From IMG/VR virus record IMGVR_UViG_3300025450_001231: a stretch of DNA of 64,000 nucleotides; one strand, given 5' to 3'. Position numbers and translations under genes: made by a program. Shown here in pieces: positions 17,974 through 29,600 of the stretch. Below the pieces are notes generated by a model. That model was not told where the DNA came from. It saw nothing but the letters and a program-made list of their open reading frames with translations, and did no database searches. Origin of the DNA: a virus (lineage: Duplodnaviria > Caudoviricetes). How positions within the stretch are numbered: position 1 is the stretch's first letter; every line of letters begins with the position of its first letter.

Positions 17974-20805
17974 TTATATGTTTCCAAAATCAATATCAAC
18001 AGGATTTGAGCTATTGATATCTCCAAAATCTAAATCACTACCGCCAAGGCTAACAGTTCCGGTGGCAGGTGTAGTCCATTGGACTCCTGTACCCGTAGAA
18101 GTTAATACTTGTCCGCTTGTGCCGTACCCGCCGCCGGCATTGATTGCTCCAGATATTTGTAAATTTCCGCTAACACCAACATTACCAACAACACTCAATC
18201 CCAATGTTGCGCCGGTTATAAGTGTAATAGGGTTAGTTACATACCCGCCATTGAAACTACTGCCGCCGCCTGACGGTGTAGTCCATTGGACTCCTGTGCC
18301 CGTAGAAGTTAATACTTGTCCGTTTGCACCTATAGAACCGTTTGCTGACAAACTACCGCTCAATGTTAAAGAACTACCAATTGTAGCATTGGTATTAACT
18401 ATCAATACATTTGTTGCAGTATTACCAGTAAATTGTGCAGTAGATGCAGTAATGGTACCATTTGTACTAATTGCAAATACTGTTTGACTGTTAGCAGCAT
18501 TTACACCCCTAACATAGTATCCTACAGGAGAAGAGTCTGAGGATCTTTGTAAAAATAGTGTATCGTATCCAGGCTGATTACCAAATTGTCTTAGTCCAAC
18601 CGGTGTATTTTGTACTGGAGAAGTTGCTCCCACACGTACACCTTGATAATTTATGTTAGCAAGACTTAGATCTAATCCATAATCTACAGTAACACCTGAA
18701 GTGGTATTGGCTGCTTTTATTAGTGTAGAACCAGTTTGTCCGCCCACTCCGTCGAACCACATACCGTGCTTCCAACGATTCGACGTCGAAGTAGATCCAG
18801 CTAAAAATGCTGCACTAGGAGCTGCAGAACCGCCGGACATCATATCAACACCTAAATTATGTCCTACTGTTCTAGGATCAGGAGCATTGACAGTAGAATT
18901 CATATCTCCTTCTAATACCCAAGATGTTGCACCGTTCGCAGAATCGACAATAGGATTCATACTCCATACTCTTGTATGGGTAGAATCGCCTACCATATAT
19001 GAGTAAACACCTACTAGATCGCCTGCATTTGGATTACCAACCCACCCTGTTTCTTGCCCGGTTACCGGATTGCCGACTCTTAATACTGCTCCACCAACTT
19101 GTGCACCTGCAGAATTTCTATGGGTTACAATTTCTGCACCATCTTCAAATCTATTACCGTTGCCTAGATTATATTGATCTACACTACTGCCAAAATTACA
19201 AGCAACTAATGACAATGGAAATGCCTGATTGTAATTGTTAATTGCAGGTCTTGATGATGTAGGAGTATATCCACCGATTGTAGTGGCAAACCCTGTTCCT
19301 ATTATTGCTATTGGAAATGCGTAAGAGTCGACTGATGCTTGCAAAAACAACAGACTTGTTGCGTATGCATTTGCCAAATGATGGAAATCGCATCCAGTAA
19401 TAGTTGCAGAAATACCTGGTCTATTTACAGTTTGATCTACCCATAACGCTGCTATTCCGCCATTACCTTCAAAGTAAATACCGTGAAGTGCAAAACCAAC
19501 TCCAGATCCTGCTGCACCATTGCCGCCGGAATTACTAATTCTCAATCCCCAACCAGCACCAAGACTTGTTGGAGGACCATTGCCTTCAATACTGCCGCCG
19601 ATAAAATTAAATGTACCGGCACCGGTTACCCATCCGCCATAAGTAAGATTATTTGAAACTGTACAAGAATTAAACTCTATAGCATTTGATTCAGCCACTG
19701 CAGTGCCAGATACAGTTGAGGGAGAAATATTAAATCCCATTTGATTAAATGATATAATATTGCGGTCAAATTTGGAACTTATTAAGTTTGTTCCGACAAT
19801 AGCTTGATTCCAACTTATAAATTCACAATCTCGAACAGATACTGACCATAAGCTCTTTAGGACCAAACCAGCACCGGTACTTGGTATTGAGCCAGTACTT
19901 GCGCCCCCGCCCGACAAAGTTAATCCAGATATAACAACACCAACGCCAAAATCTGTAGAAGAGCTAGGGAAAACATTTAGACCAGTGGCAGTTCGAGTCG
20001 CTTGATAAATCGTAGACGCTCCTGGGCCTTCACCTAACAAGTGAACTCTGACCCCGTGTGCTGGAGTAGCTCCGCCATAATACCCTAATGAAGGGACTAT
20101 TAAATTTAATGCACTGGTTATCTTGTATGTGCCTGCAGGAAAAAATACTGTTCCGCCAGTTACTTGTGCAGCATTAATTGCACTTTGAATGGCAAGAGTA
20201 TCATCGGTGGTCCCGTTGCCTGCTGCACCATAACTTTTTACACTATAGACATATGAAGACGGCCCAGGTGATCCTTGCGGTCCTTGTGGACCTTGTGGCC
20301 CAGTTGTTCCTGCTAGACCAGATGGGCCTGACGGACCTGTAGGACCTGTGCCACCTGGACCTTGTGGTCCTCTGAGTCCGCTTGGACCTTGTGGACCTTG
20401 TGGCCCAGATAAACCAGCTGGACCTTGCGGTCCTTTAAGTCCACTGGGTCCAGTTGGTCCAGTTGGGCCTTGAGCACCAGTTGGGCCTTGAGCACCTTGT
20501 ATACCGGTCCCGTCTGGGCCAGTATTACCGCCGGTATTACCAGTTGTGTGCCAGCTTCCACTGTAATACACATTAAGTTGTTTTGTGCTACTGTTAAACC
20601 AAATTTGCCCAGTTAATGGATTGGCTGGTGCAGCATTACTACTAAAATTTTCTAATAGATGAATAAAATTTTCATCAATAATAGAACCAAAATCACCTGT
20701 GTAATTTTGTCCTATCATTGGCAAAGTAGTTGCAGTAGTATTGATAGTACCGTTTGCAACTACAGTCAATACTGATCCATTTGCTAATTTTAGTGTATAT
20801 GCCAT
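17974..20805 (-). CDS. tail fibre/tailspike with collagen stalk and pectate-lyase-like beta-helix
   Basis: [26 protein letters not shown]...[10 protein letters not shown] is a Pectate_lyase_3-type motif; N-terminus is paralogous to that of 21207..22469. Confidence 0.8.
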   Translation of the reverse strand: MAYTLKLANGSVLTVVANGTINTTATTLPMIGQNYTGDFGSIIDENFIHLLENFSSNAAPANPLTGQIWFNSSTKQLNVYYSGSWHTTGNTGGNTGPDGTGIQGAQGPTGAQGPTGPTGPSGLKGPQGPAGLSGPQGPQGPSGLRGPQGPGGTGPTGPSGPSGLAGTTGPQGPQGPQGSPGPSSYVYSVKSYGAAGNGTTDDTLAIQSAINAAQVTGGTVFFPAGTYKITSALNLIVPSLGYYGGATPAHGVRVHLLGEGPGASTIYQATRTATGLNVFPSSSTDFGVGVVISGLTLSGGGASTGSIPSTGAGLVLKSLWSVSVRDCEFISWNQAIVGTNLISSKFDRNIISFNQMGFNISPSTVSGTAVAESNAIEFNSCTVSNNLTYGGWVTGAGTFNFIGGSIEGNGPPTSLGAGWGLRISNSGGNGAAGSGVGFALHGIYFEGNGGIAALWVDQTVNRPGISATITGCDFHHLANAYATSLLFLQASVDSYAFPIAIIGTGFATTIGGYTPTSSRPAINNYNQAFPLSLVACNFGSSVDQYNLGNGNRFEDGAEIVTHRNSAGAQVGGAVLRVGNPVTGQETGWVGNPNAGDLVGVYSYMVGDSTHTRVWSMNPIVDSANGATSWVLEGDMNSTVNAPDPRTVGHNLGVDMMSGGSAAPSAAFLAGSTSTSNRWKHGMWFDGVGGQTGSTLIKAANTTSGVTVDYGLDLSLANINYQGVRVGATSPVQNTPVGLRQFGNQPGYDTLFLQRSSDSSPVGYYVRGVNAANSQTVFAISTNGTITASTAQFTGNTATNVLIVNTNATIGSSLTLSGSLSANGSIGANGQVLTSTGTGVQWTTPSGGGSSFNGGYVTNPITLITGATLGLSVVGNVGVSGNLQISGAINAGGGYGTSGQVLTSTGTGVQWTTPATGTVSLGGSDLDFGDINSSNPVDIDFGNI

Positions 20806-20814
20806 AGTAAGATA

Positions 20815-21192
20815 TTAAGGGCTCGTAGGCCAAGTTATGTTATTTGGAAATCCTGCTTGTTGCGGAATATCACGAAGTGCTTGACGATAGGCAGCCCATT
20901 TAGTTTTTATAGCTTCTGGCACATCACCTGCTTGTGTCCAATCTGTTTGTGATATCAATTGATTACGTTTAGATCTAGCTTTTGCTGCCAATGCATCGTT
21001 GCTAACAATTACTGGACTTAAACTAACGACTCCATTGGCTACTACAATAGCATTGCCATATGTTGCCATACCAACTAGTAATTCTAGATGGAGTTCGTCG
21101 GATATTGCTATAGTATCGTTGGGGATTGGATTGATATAGTTAATATCACTACTATAAAATCCTTTAGTTGATGGAGAGTATGAAATTGTCAC
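20815..21192 (-). CDS. tail fibre assembly chaperone
   Basis: RSKRNQLISQTDWTQ..D...WAAYRQALRDIPQQAGFP..ITWP; GTG start. Confidence 0.85.
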   Translation of the reverse strand: MTISYSPSTKGFYSSDINYINPIPNDTIAISDELHLELLVGMATYGNAIVVANGVVSLSPVIVSNDALAAKARSKRNQLISQTDWTQAGDVPEAIKTKWAAYRQALRDIPQQAGFPNNITWPTSP

Positions 21193-21206
21193 AATTGTTC
21201 CTTAAA

Positions 21207-22469
21207 TTAATAGCCGATAACTAGCCAAGATGCCAAACCTTTAGTACCGGTGGTATTTATAGTACACCCTGTGCCAGTGAAATTATTGAAGTAAAACGGG
21301 CCTTGCCCTACTCCGCCAGGTCCTGCGTACGGGCTTACTAGCCCAGATACAATTATATTAAATGCAACAGGAAAAGTAACTGTTTCATTTTGTGGGCCAT
21401 CTGCATCAGTGTTAATATTTCCCCACTGGATTAAAAGACCGTTATTTAACCGCCAATAACCATGGCTAGTGGTACCAACATACGTTCCTTGGGGACCAGG
21501 AGGGCCGCTTGGGCCAGATGGTCCGGCTACTGTGCTAGCTGCACCCGAAGGACCTGAAGGGCCTTGTGGGCCTTGTGGGCCTTGTGGACCACTTCCGCCA
21601 GGCCCGCCGCCACCTCCTGTGGATACATTAGCCCAAGTAACACCTGTGCCTGTACTAGTCAGCGCATAGCCAGACGGGCCTAATCTACCGCCGGCTACTA
21701 CTCCACCATTCAGTATCACTGGACTACTGAAAGTGGCGTTTGCTGAAAAAGTATTTTGATGTGTGAATGTGTTTGTTTGATCAACTCTTGCATACTGACT
21801 TGGTGCAACATTGCCAAATAAGTCTGCATCACTTGCACGAGTAACTGTGCCATAAAAAGAAGAACCAGGTAATACACCTGGATCAATTAAATTAATACCA
21901 GGTTTAATGGTTGAAAAACCTGAAATAGGAGTTGCTGGAGTATACACATTTGGTGTACCGCTAAAAATAGCAACCAATTGATTACCAACAAATAATTCTA
22001 CTGCAGTATGGCTAACTGGAGGAACTTGTGTATCTACGATGGTAGTTACAATTGTACCGCTTGTTCCGTTTGTAGTAGTAAATGCTGGGCCTACTAGAAC
22101 CCACGAAGAACCATTCCATACATTAAGTTGATTGTTAACAGTATCCCACCACGCATTTCCAGTTACAGGATTCAATGGTTGGCTACTACTGCTGGTAGTA
22201 CTGCCCAATGTTTTGAAGTGTACACCATCTGTACAAACATTAAGATTATTATTAATATTATCCCACCACAATTGTCCCGCCAAAGCTGGAGCTGGTTGTG
22301 TGCTTGCACTGCTGTTTTCTAGTAAGTGAACTAGATTGTCGTTAAGAAATTGTCCGTAACCGGAAAAGTTTTTACCAATCAGTACTAAACTGGTAGAAGT
22401 GTTATCAACTGTACCATCTGCTATAGTAGATAGTGTTGTGCCATCGGTTAAATTTATTGTATACGACAT
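21207..22469 (-). CDS. tail fibre protein
   Basis: N-terminal LIGKNFSGYGQFLNDNLVHLLEN anchor; C-terminal GYWRLNNGLLIQWG...FPVAF fibre-tip domain; adjacent to the assembly chaperone. Confidence 0.8.
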   Translation of the reverse strand: MSYTINLTDGTTLSTIADGTVDNTSTSLVLIGKNFSGYGQFLNDNLVHLLENSSASTQPAPALAGQLWWDNINNNLNVCTDGVHFKTLGSTTSSSSQPLNPVTGNAWWDTVNNQLNVWNGSSWVLVGPAFTTTNGTSGTIVTTIVDTQVPPVSHTAVELFVGNQLVAIFSGTPNVYTPATPISGFSTIKPGINLIDPGVLPGSSFYGTVTRASDADLFGNVAPSQYARVDQTNTFTHQNTFSANATFSSPVILNGGVVAGGRLGPSGYALTSTGTGVTWANVSTGGGGGPGGSGPQGPQGPQGPSGPSGAASTVAGPSGPSGPPGPQGTYVGTTSHGYWRLNNGLLIQWGNINTDADGPQNETVTFPVAFNIIVSGLVSPYAGPGGVGQGPFYFNNFTGTGCTINTTGTKGLASWLVIGY

Positions 22470-22506
22470 TGTTTTAGTCCATTTTGTTTATTTATTGAGT
22501 TACACA

Positions 22507-23100
22507 TTACAAATTACTGCTCAAGTTGGTCAGTGTTTGGATTCTGATTGTGTAATCTACTTGTATTAATCTGTTCAATGCTTTTTGCACTGGATGAAAA
22601 ACCACGTGTGACAACAATCTGCCACTACTGCTGATCAACCCTAATTCGTCAAATACATAAGTGCCTTGCATTGTACTGCTGTTATCAAATGCCGATTGCC
22701 CTGTTGGTTCTGCATAATCTAAATAACAACTGATAAACAAATCAGTATAAATTAAACCAGGGGTATGTCGAACTTGTATGTAATTTCTTGCAGGATCTGT
22801 GTTTAACGCACTGGTATTATCAACTACTTTTTGGTAAGTTTGATTGTATAATGTAGCAGTTTGCCCAAATGTATTAGTGGGCAAGTAAGTAATAATACCA
22901 GTACCGTCTACTGCAGTGGCTCCATTACCAAAAGCCATATTTGTAATAATGCCCAATCCTTTATTGGCCAAGCTCTGAGCAAGAGCTTCACTCATATTTT
23001 CATAATGAATAGCATTATCTTTATCAATAAAAACCTCACCTGTAGAGGGATCAGTGATTTTAATGTGCCCTTGAATTATTGTATTTGTTTTATCTAGCAT
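22507..23100 (-). CDS. virion structural (baseplate/fibre-associated) protein
   Basis: MAFGNG...FDELGL...LLSHVVFHPVQK..RLIQVDYTIRI; located in the tail operon. Confidence 0.6.
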   Translation of the reverse strand: MLDKTNTIIQGHIKITDPSTGEVFIDKDNAIHYENMSEALAQSLANKGLGIITNMAFGNGATAVDGTGIITYLPTNTFGQTATLYNQTYQKVVDNTSALNTDPARNYIQVRHTPGLIYTDLFISCYLDYAEPTGQSAFDNSSTMQGTYVFDELGLISSSGRLLSHVVFHPVQKALNRLIQVDYTIRIQTLTNLSSNL

Positions 23101-23103
23101 AGT

Positions 23104-23256
23104 TTATCCGTTTGTCTCTACTAGAACTTCACCTGATTCAGGATCACTGATCTTTACGAATCCTCGTACATATATACCAGTAGACTCATTTGGACGAGTA
23201 GATTCGTTCGTTGTCTGCTGGTTTTGGGTGTTAGGTTGTTCTTTGTTTGATTCCAT
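23104..23256 (-). CDS. small protein resembling the N-terminus of the downstream gene (not in the ORF track)
   Basis: Translated by hand: MESNKEQPNTQNQQTTNESTRPNESTGIYVRGFVKISDPESGEVLVETNG; TAAATA at 23261-23266. Confidence 0.6.
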   Translation of the reverse strand: MESNKEQPNTQNQQTTNESTRPNESTGIYVRGFVKISDPESGEVLVETNG

Positions 23257-23284
23257 CTTTTATTTATCAGGGTTTTAAGGTGTT

Positions 23285-23656
23285 TTACAGAACCACTGCT
23301 GGTATCATTCTGGCACCAGTACCAGCATCAGTTACTAAACTTTTAGCAAATACACTATTGGCCATATCAATAGTAAAACTAAGAGCCAATGTGTTATATG
23401 TTTGGAGACTTTTCGCTAGTCCTGAATTATCCGCTACTACCAATAAATCGCCTTGATTGACTGGTCCCATAACCATTATAGTTGTACGGCCTTTTAATAC
23501 CACTGTGGCTTGTGTGCCTGCACTAGATGCAATCACACCGGCAACTGAAGTATCACCAAATAAACTGCTGGTAGTAACTTCGTTAGCTCCGCCGTAGACC
23601 ACAACTGTGCCAGCTGGGTAATTTGCATCTGCTAAAAATGTATCTGTATATGCCAT
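23285..23656 (-). CDS. stand-alone peptidase-G2/intramolecular-chaperone-like domain
   Basis: YPAGTVVVYGGANEVT...VAGVIAS...LKGR..V.GPVNQGDLLV. Confidence 0.5.
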   Translation of the reverse strand: MAYTDTFLADANYPAGTVVVYGGANEVTTSSLFGDTSVAGVIASSAGTQATVVLKGRTTIMVMGPVNQGDLLVVADNSGLAKSLQTYNTLALSFTIDMANSVFAKSLVTDAGTGARMIPAVVL

Positions 23657-23685
23657 TGATTTTCCTAGGTTATAGTGTATTTATT

Positions 23686-26600
23686 TTAATTATCTTTGAT
23701 GAATTCGGCTTGTATTTGTGTGCTTTCAAACAATCCTGTGCCATCCGTTGGAGTTATTCCGTAATTGGTATTCAACCAAAGTTTACTTTGCTGATAAGTA
23801 TGACCTTCTGCTAAAGTATAAGTTTTGCCTGCAGTAGTCGTAACAGTATTGTTGGCCACTGGAGTATAAGAAGTGTGAGCACTTTGCGGGACTACTTGGA
23901 ATACACTGCCGTCAATCATTCTCGAACCAGCTAAATGTACATTTGCGCCAGTGCCTGCAGTTGCTCTTCGAATATTACTGAGCGTATTTGTGGAATTATC
24001 CACAGTCCAGTAGGTTATTCTTTCACCGTTAATGAACACTACGCCAGGTCTAAGTCCTTGCGATCCCACTGATGGAATTGGCAGTCTAGTAACATCGTCT
24101 ACTTGAATAACTGTGTCCAGTAATCCTAAATCTGCAGTTAAATTGGCTGTGCTATTGGTTTTTGGTATTCTCAAATACTGATATTCATCATTCATTGATT
24201 TGAATATTCTGTAATCAAAAGTAACAAAACTTGCAGCAGTCATTACAACTGTAGCGTTTGCTGGGCTAGTATTAGCTCCTAATATTACAACAGTCGGTGC
24301 TGTATGATAGATAACTGTTGGATCGTCTGGCGTAATACTGATAATACTACCGTTTCCGTCAAACGTTGCAGTTGCATTGTTTGTTATAACTGTAGTAGTT
24401 GAAATCTCATCACTGGAAAGATCAGTTTCGTCGGATGTTATTGTGTTACCACCAAATGGGAATAGTATTCTAGTATCATCTGCAGTAAGGTTAGCGGTAT
24501 AGGTATTTTCTAACAATACTCTTACATTTCCGTATCCCAATCCAGGATCGTTAATGATAATAGAAGTAATAACAAAGCTAGTGGCAATACCGTCACCGTT
24601 ACTGGCAATGGTACTAATTCTCATATCCAACGTATCATATACCCTGCCTGGTATTAGTTCTTCCGGAGCGTGACTGCTATATGTATCAACATATCCACCG
24701 CCGTCAACAATAACATCGTCAGGTCTATAGCCTAATGAAGAATCAGTATATTTTGACTCTATTACTGAATCTAACAACGAATCGCTGATGCTAACTGTAC
24801 CGTCAGGATTTAATATCAGTCCATCAAATGATGAAATATCAAATCCGCCTTGTCCAAAACCGCCGTTATCTGTATACAAAGGTCCTTCTACTATAACACC
24901 AGGATAATCTATCCCGGATTGTAGTAAACTGTAATCCAAACCTGGCATACCTAAAGTAGGCTGATAAAATGCACGTATTCTATCATTTGCAGGTGCAGTA
25001 ATTTTTTCTATTATATAATTCTGGTCTGTGGTCAATGACGCACTGTCTGCAAAGAAACCTACATCAGTTGTTAAATCAAACTCAGACAGTGTTGTATCCA
25101 ATGGTAATGCAACTGTGTTATAATTGTCTGCAGTAATAGTCAGGGCTCTTACGCCAGGTGTAACCAGTTGTGTGGCATCTGCTGTAATTGTTTTATTACC
25201 TGCTTTAACATTGATGTTATCAGCAGTTAATCTTGTTCCTGTTAGCGGTGCCGCACCATAATTGATTCTATCATAGACTAGTGTAGCTTTGAGCTTACGT
25301 GTAGTATTGTTGACCAAATGAGCCAACAAACGTGCTTCTGTTACAGCAGGGCCAGATCCTGAAGTACCAAACCCACCACCACCAAATATACTGGTGTTTA
25401 TACCAATTATTGGTTGTGTAGTATAATGCGACCCAGGATAAGTTACTACTATAGAAACAATAGAACCATTATGCATAATAGGTATAGCTGTGGCATCATC
25501 GCCTATTGCACTTCCAGTGATAGTAATGATAGGTGGCGTAGGATAATCTTTTCCACCATCGATAACTTCAATTGATCCAACTGAATATGTATAAGAAGTG
25601 ATCCAGTCTTGATATGTTAAATTATTTTGTAATTGATTTATATCTTGTCCAAACTCACCGCTTGGACTACGATATTTTTGAAACACCGTATCATAGTAAG
25701 CTGGTAAATCATAATCAGTAACGTACCCCATAACATTATCAATTGCAGTATAATCCAATGTGTATTCACGTATGGTGGTATGATAAGGTTTAACTTCCTC
25801 TATGTACTGCTGATAGTAGTCTTGATTTTCATTACGATAAATTGGAGTCTGATTCAGATTTCTAATAGTATGCAATACATTTACAAAACTAGTTTTGAAT
25901 ACCCAATCAACAGACTTTTGTTCTTTTAATGCATAATAAATTAAGCTGAAGAACATACTAACAAAATCACTATCCATTGTATTGATAAAGATATCGTCTC
26001 GTAAGGCTGTAAATATATTTCTAATTTCAATTGATGGGTTTTGATCGAAGCCACGAGTATCAAAATTATCGTTATCAAACCCCATTCCGTTGCCTTCTAA
26101 ATCGTAAAGATTAGAAGTTAACTGTATGGTTCCATTTTGTAAACCGATTGGTAAAACAACATTAGGAAATACCTGTATGAGACTCCATTGCCCTTGACCG
26201 TTGTTTAGAATTTTAACAATATCACCAGTAACCAATGATAGTGTACTTAAATCTGCAGGTTGGCCGATTGTATATGTAGGCTTTGTACTACGGTCAAATC
26301 CTGTAGCATACCAATCTACAAATTCCCAGTAATCAGCAGTATTATAAGTTTGAGTTCTTGTTAATTGCCAAGTGTTGTTTCTTCGTTTAGTATAAATGGT
26401 CCAATGATTGTTTGCTGAACTATCGTTTTCAACTAAAACTGTGTAACCGGCTGGATATATAGCAATGTCTACATATCCCAATGTTTCTAAGTTAGGTACA
26501 GATGTATTGTAAAGACCAAGTCCCACATTAGGTATAGGTTCCCCTGCACTTAAATTAGCAAGATTAAAACCTTTACTAATTGTATTCTTTATTAGTATAC

Positions 26601-29600
26601 TATTGATATAATCAACCATCTCGTGGACAGCTTGATTTTTATCAATGAACATACTTTGACGAGGACGAATTCCAATTCCGTAACGTGTTTGTACCGGCAA
26701 CAAAGGATCTGGAACTTGATTACCAAATGCATCTATTCCGCTAACACTATCAACTAGTTTGTTATAGATCGCAGTGGGGATATCATCTGCACGACTATTT
26801 GTTTCACTTAATAATACAAATTCACTGTGAATAATATTATCAGCATCAGTACGAGTAGAATAATCTATGTGGAGTATGGTATCTTTACCTGTTGCCGTAC
26901 CTGCTAAATTATAAATTGCAATACTATCATTTCTGATTGCAGCAAAATACTCGACCCCACTATTTTTAGGATCTTTTATATAACTTGCAATTGCTGATAC
27001 CGGAGCAGTTCTGTTCTTTAATTTTACGTCAACTGTAGACTTATCTTTGACCCAATAGTAGTATTTTACAATAGTCTGATTTGTTTCAGGATCTACATAA
27101 TTTACTGTACTGTATGCACTATTGTCTGGATATTTTGGTGTCCCGTCTCCACCAGTGGCTACATATTGGCTTGGTGGATACATACTTTCTACCCACTCGT
27201 ATACATCAATACTGCTGCCAGGGAATGTTCCTCCCCAGTTTGTAGTGCGATATTGTATACTGCCTTGTTCGTAGTTCAAGAATCGTACTGTGCTAAGATC
27301 CCACCAAACTTTTCCAACTTCGTTGCTGTCCCAGTGGAACGCAGAGTCTAAAGTAACTGTACCGTTTGTTCCGTGATTGTAAACACCGGGATCGTGTGCC
27401 ACTTTATAACTGATATCTTGTTCAGCTATTCCCAATATTTTACCTTTTGCAGGATCAATATAATCTAGGGTATGTGTAATTGTTTGTGATTTATCACTGT
27501 AGACAAATGCTTTTACAATAGAATTAATATCAACTTCAGGTTCTTCGGCGGTATAAACGTCCCACCCCAATAGTCCTGCAGGATTACTAAATTGATAAAT
27601 TCTTCCAGCTGCGGTACCATATGTATTATCAAAATTAGATCCAATAATCATTTCAGTGGAATTAAAATCTATCGCACTACCAAAATTAACATAAGGTTGC
27701 AATGATGGGTTAATTCCGGAACTGTAGGGATTAATCTGTTGAACAAATGCAAATACTCCAGGATCAGCAATATCATTTTTACTGTTTGCCAAATAGCTAA
27801 ACATCCAAACCCCGCCGGAAATCACTTCATCAACAAACACCATTGATCCAGAATCAAAAGTAGTGGCTATATGGTCCGTATCAAATATAGTAACTTCGCT
27901 TGTTATAGCAGCAGTACTAGATACTGCCAATACATTATTTGATGGATTAATTTTTACATTTTGTCCAAACAAGTCGTATGCATTGTTAGTCGGATTATTG
28001 ATAATTTCAACTTGAACAAATACATCTAGTCCCAAATCCTGGATACTATTTCCCATTCCAGGTAAGATTCTTATTTTGTTTGAATCTGCAGTTGCAGTTG
28101 TTGTCAATTGCAAATAACCGTTGACATTAGCCGCTGACAATCCAGGGATAAAGTGATTATTAATTGCAGTTACTGTGCTATCTAAATCGCTGTAGATGAA
28201 TATAATTTCAAAGTCGTTGATTCTAATACTATTACCAGGAGTAACGGTTGGGTTTTGTACTTTACCAGTAATGGTTCCGTATACTCTTGCTTGGTTTACA
28301 TATCTATAGACTTGACCAGCATAGTATCTATTTGTATTTGCGTGTGGTGCTCCTGCATATACAGTACTGTCAGTTGCATCAATGTCAACACTGAATCCCA
28401 ACTGTGCTTTTGTTCCGGCTGGATTGCTAAATCGTTTTAGTAATTTGAATTGATTTGTTTCTATTGTAACAATACTATTTTGTGGGGGAGCAACTGTAAA
28501 TTCAAATTCACTGTGATGTGTAGGATAACCGCTAACACTATAAATGGTATAATCAGTACCGTAAGTTTGCAAAATATCATTTACATAAACTCTATCTGTG
28601 TAAACTAACTCACGGGGGCTACTGAATTTAGTTTCTATTCCGTTACCTAAGAATTGTTCCACAGTTCTGTCGTATATACTAACACTACCTGCTTCGCCAT
28701 TATCAGTGGGTGCACCTACTGCAATTTGTCTGCCATCGGTAGTTGTTGCAATACTGTAGCCAAAATTATTGTCACCGTTGTTATAAAATATTTTATCTTT
28801 CAACTGGTAACCAGGTTGTTGACGAACAATCAGTGTACCGGCAGGCACAGGATTGACAAAAGTTAATGTAGTACCCGATACTGTAAAACCAGTGCCGTAT
28901 ACTAATGTATATGATTCTAAAGAAGTAATTACTGTTGCAGTTAAAAATTCAGGTCCTGCAATTGTAAAATCAGTAATCATATACTGTGTGTCTGATCCTG
29001 TTGTAGCAGAGAATGTCTGACTACTTGATGTTAAATTAGAGAACCATTGGTACGCATAAACTGCTTTTTCTCCAGGTGCGCCTACATACATCCAATGTGC
29101 ATCTTCACTGATTGCAACACTAGTACCAAATTCTGATGAATTTGTAGTCGTTGGTCCTAAAATTTGTTGTTGAGTAATAACGCCCAAGAAGTTTTTAGTA
29201 TAAACATACACATAGCCTGACCCGTCGGAACTGCCAGGAGCTCCAGTTACAATATGATTGGAACCTAATGCAAGACTTGTGCCCATACCGGCAGTATTTT
29301 GTGCAGATCCAATGATTGTAGAGTTTTCTGCTAATTTTCCAGTAGTAGTTGAATAAGCATACAAGTATTCAACTAGTGCACCTGTTCCATTGGCATATCC
29401 AGGAGCACCAACTATTGCTAATTTATTATCTGCACTAAGTTTTACACTTGTACCAAAATTGGCGCCAGCATATGGGCTTTCAGTTGCAAAGCTTAAAATT
29501 GGTTGCCAAGGATCTGTTTTGTTGTATACTGCCCAATTGTTATTTGCAGTATTGTCATTGATCCATACTTTACTGTTAGCAGTCCACCCGTTAACTGGAG

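Noticed and set aside
17450-18487. + strand ORFs 17450..17821 and 17861..18487, and similar antisense ORFs over other collagen genes (20313..20616, 62065..63983)
   Set aside because: They are shadows of the G-X-Y repeat coding strand, with no RBS or promoter and low-complexity Pro/Gly translations
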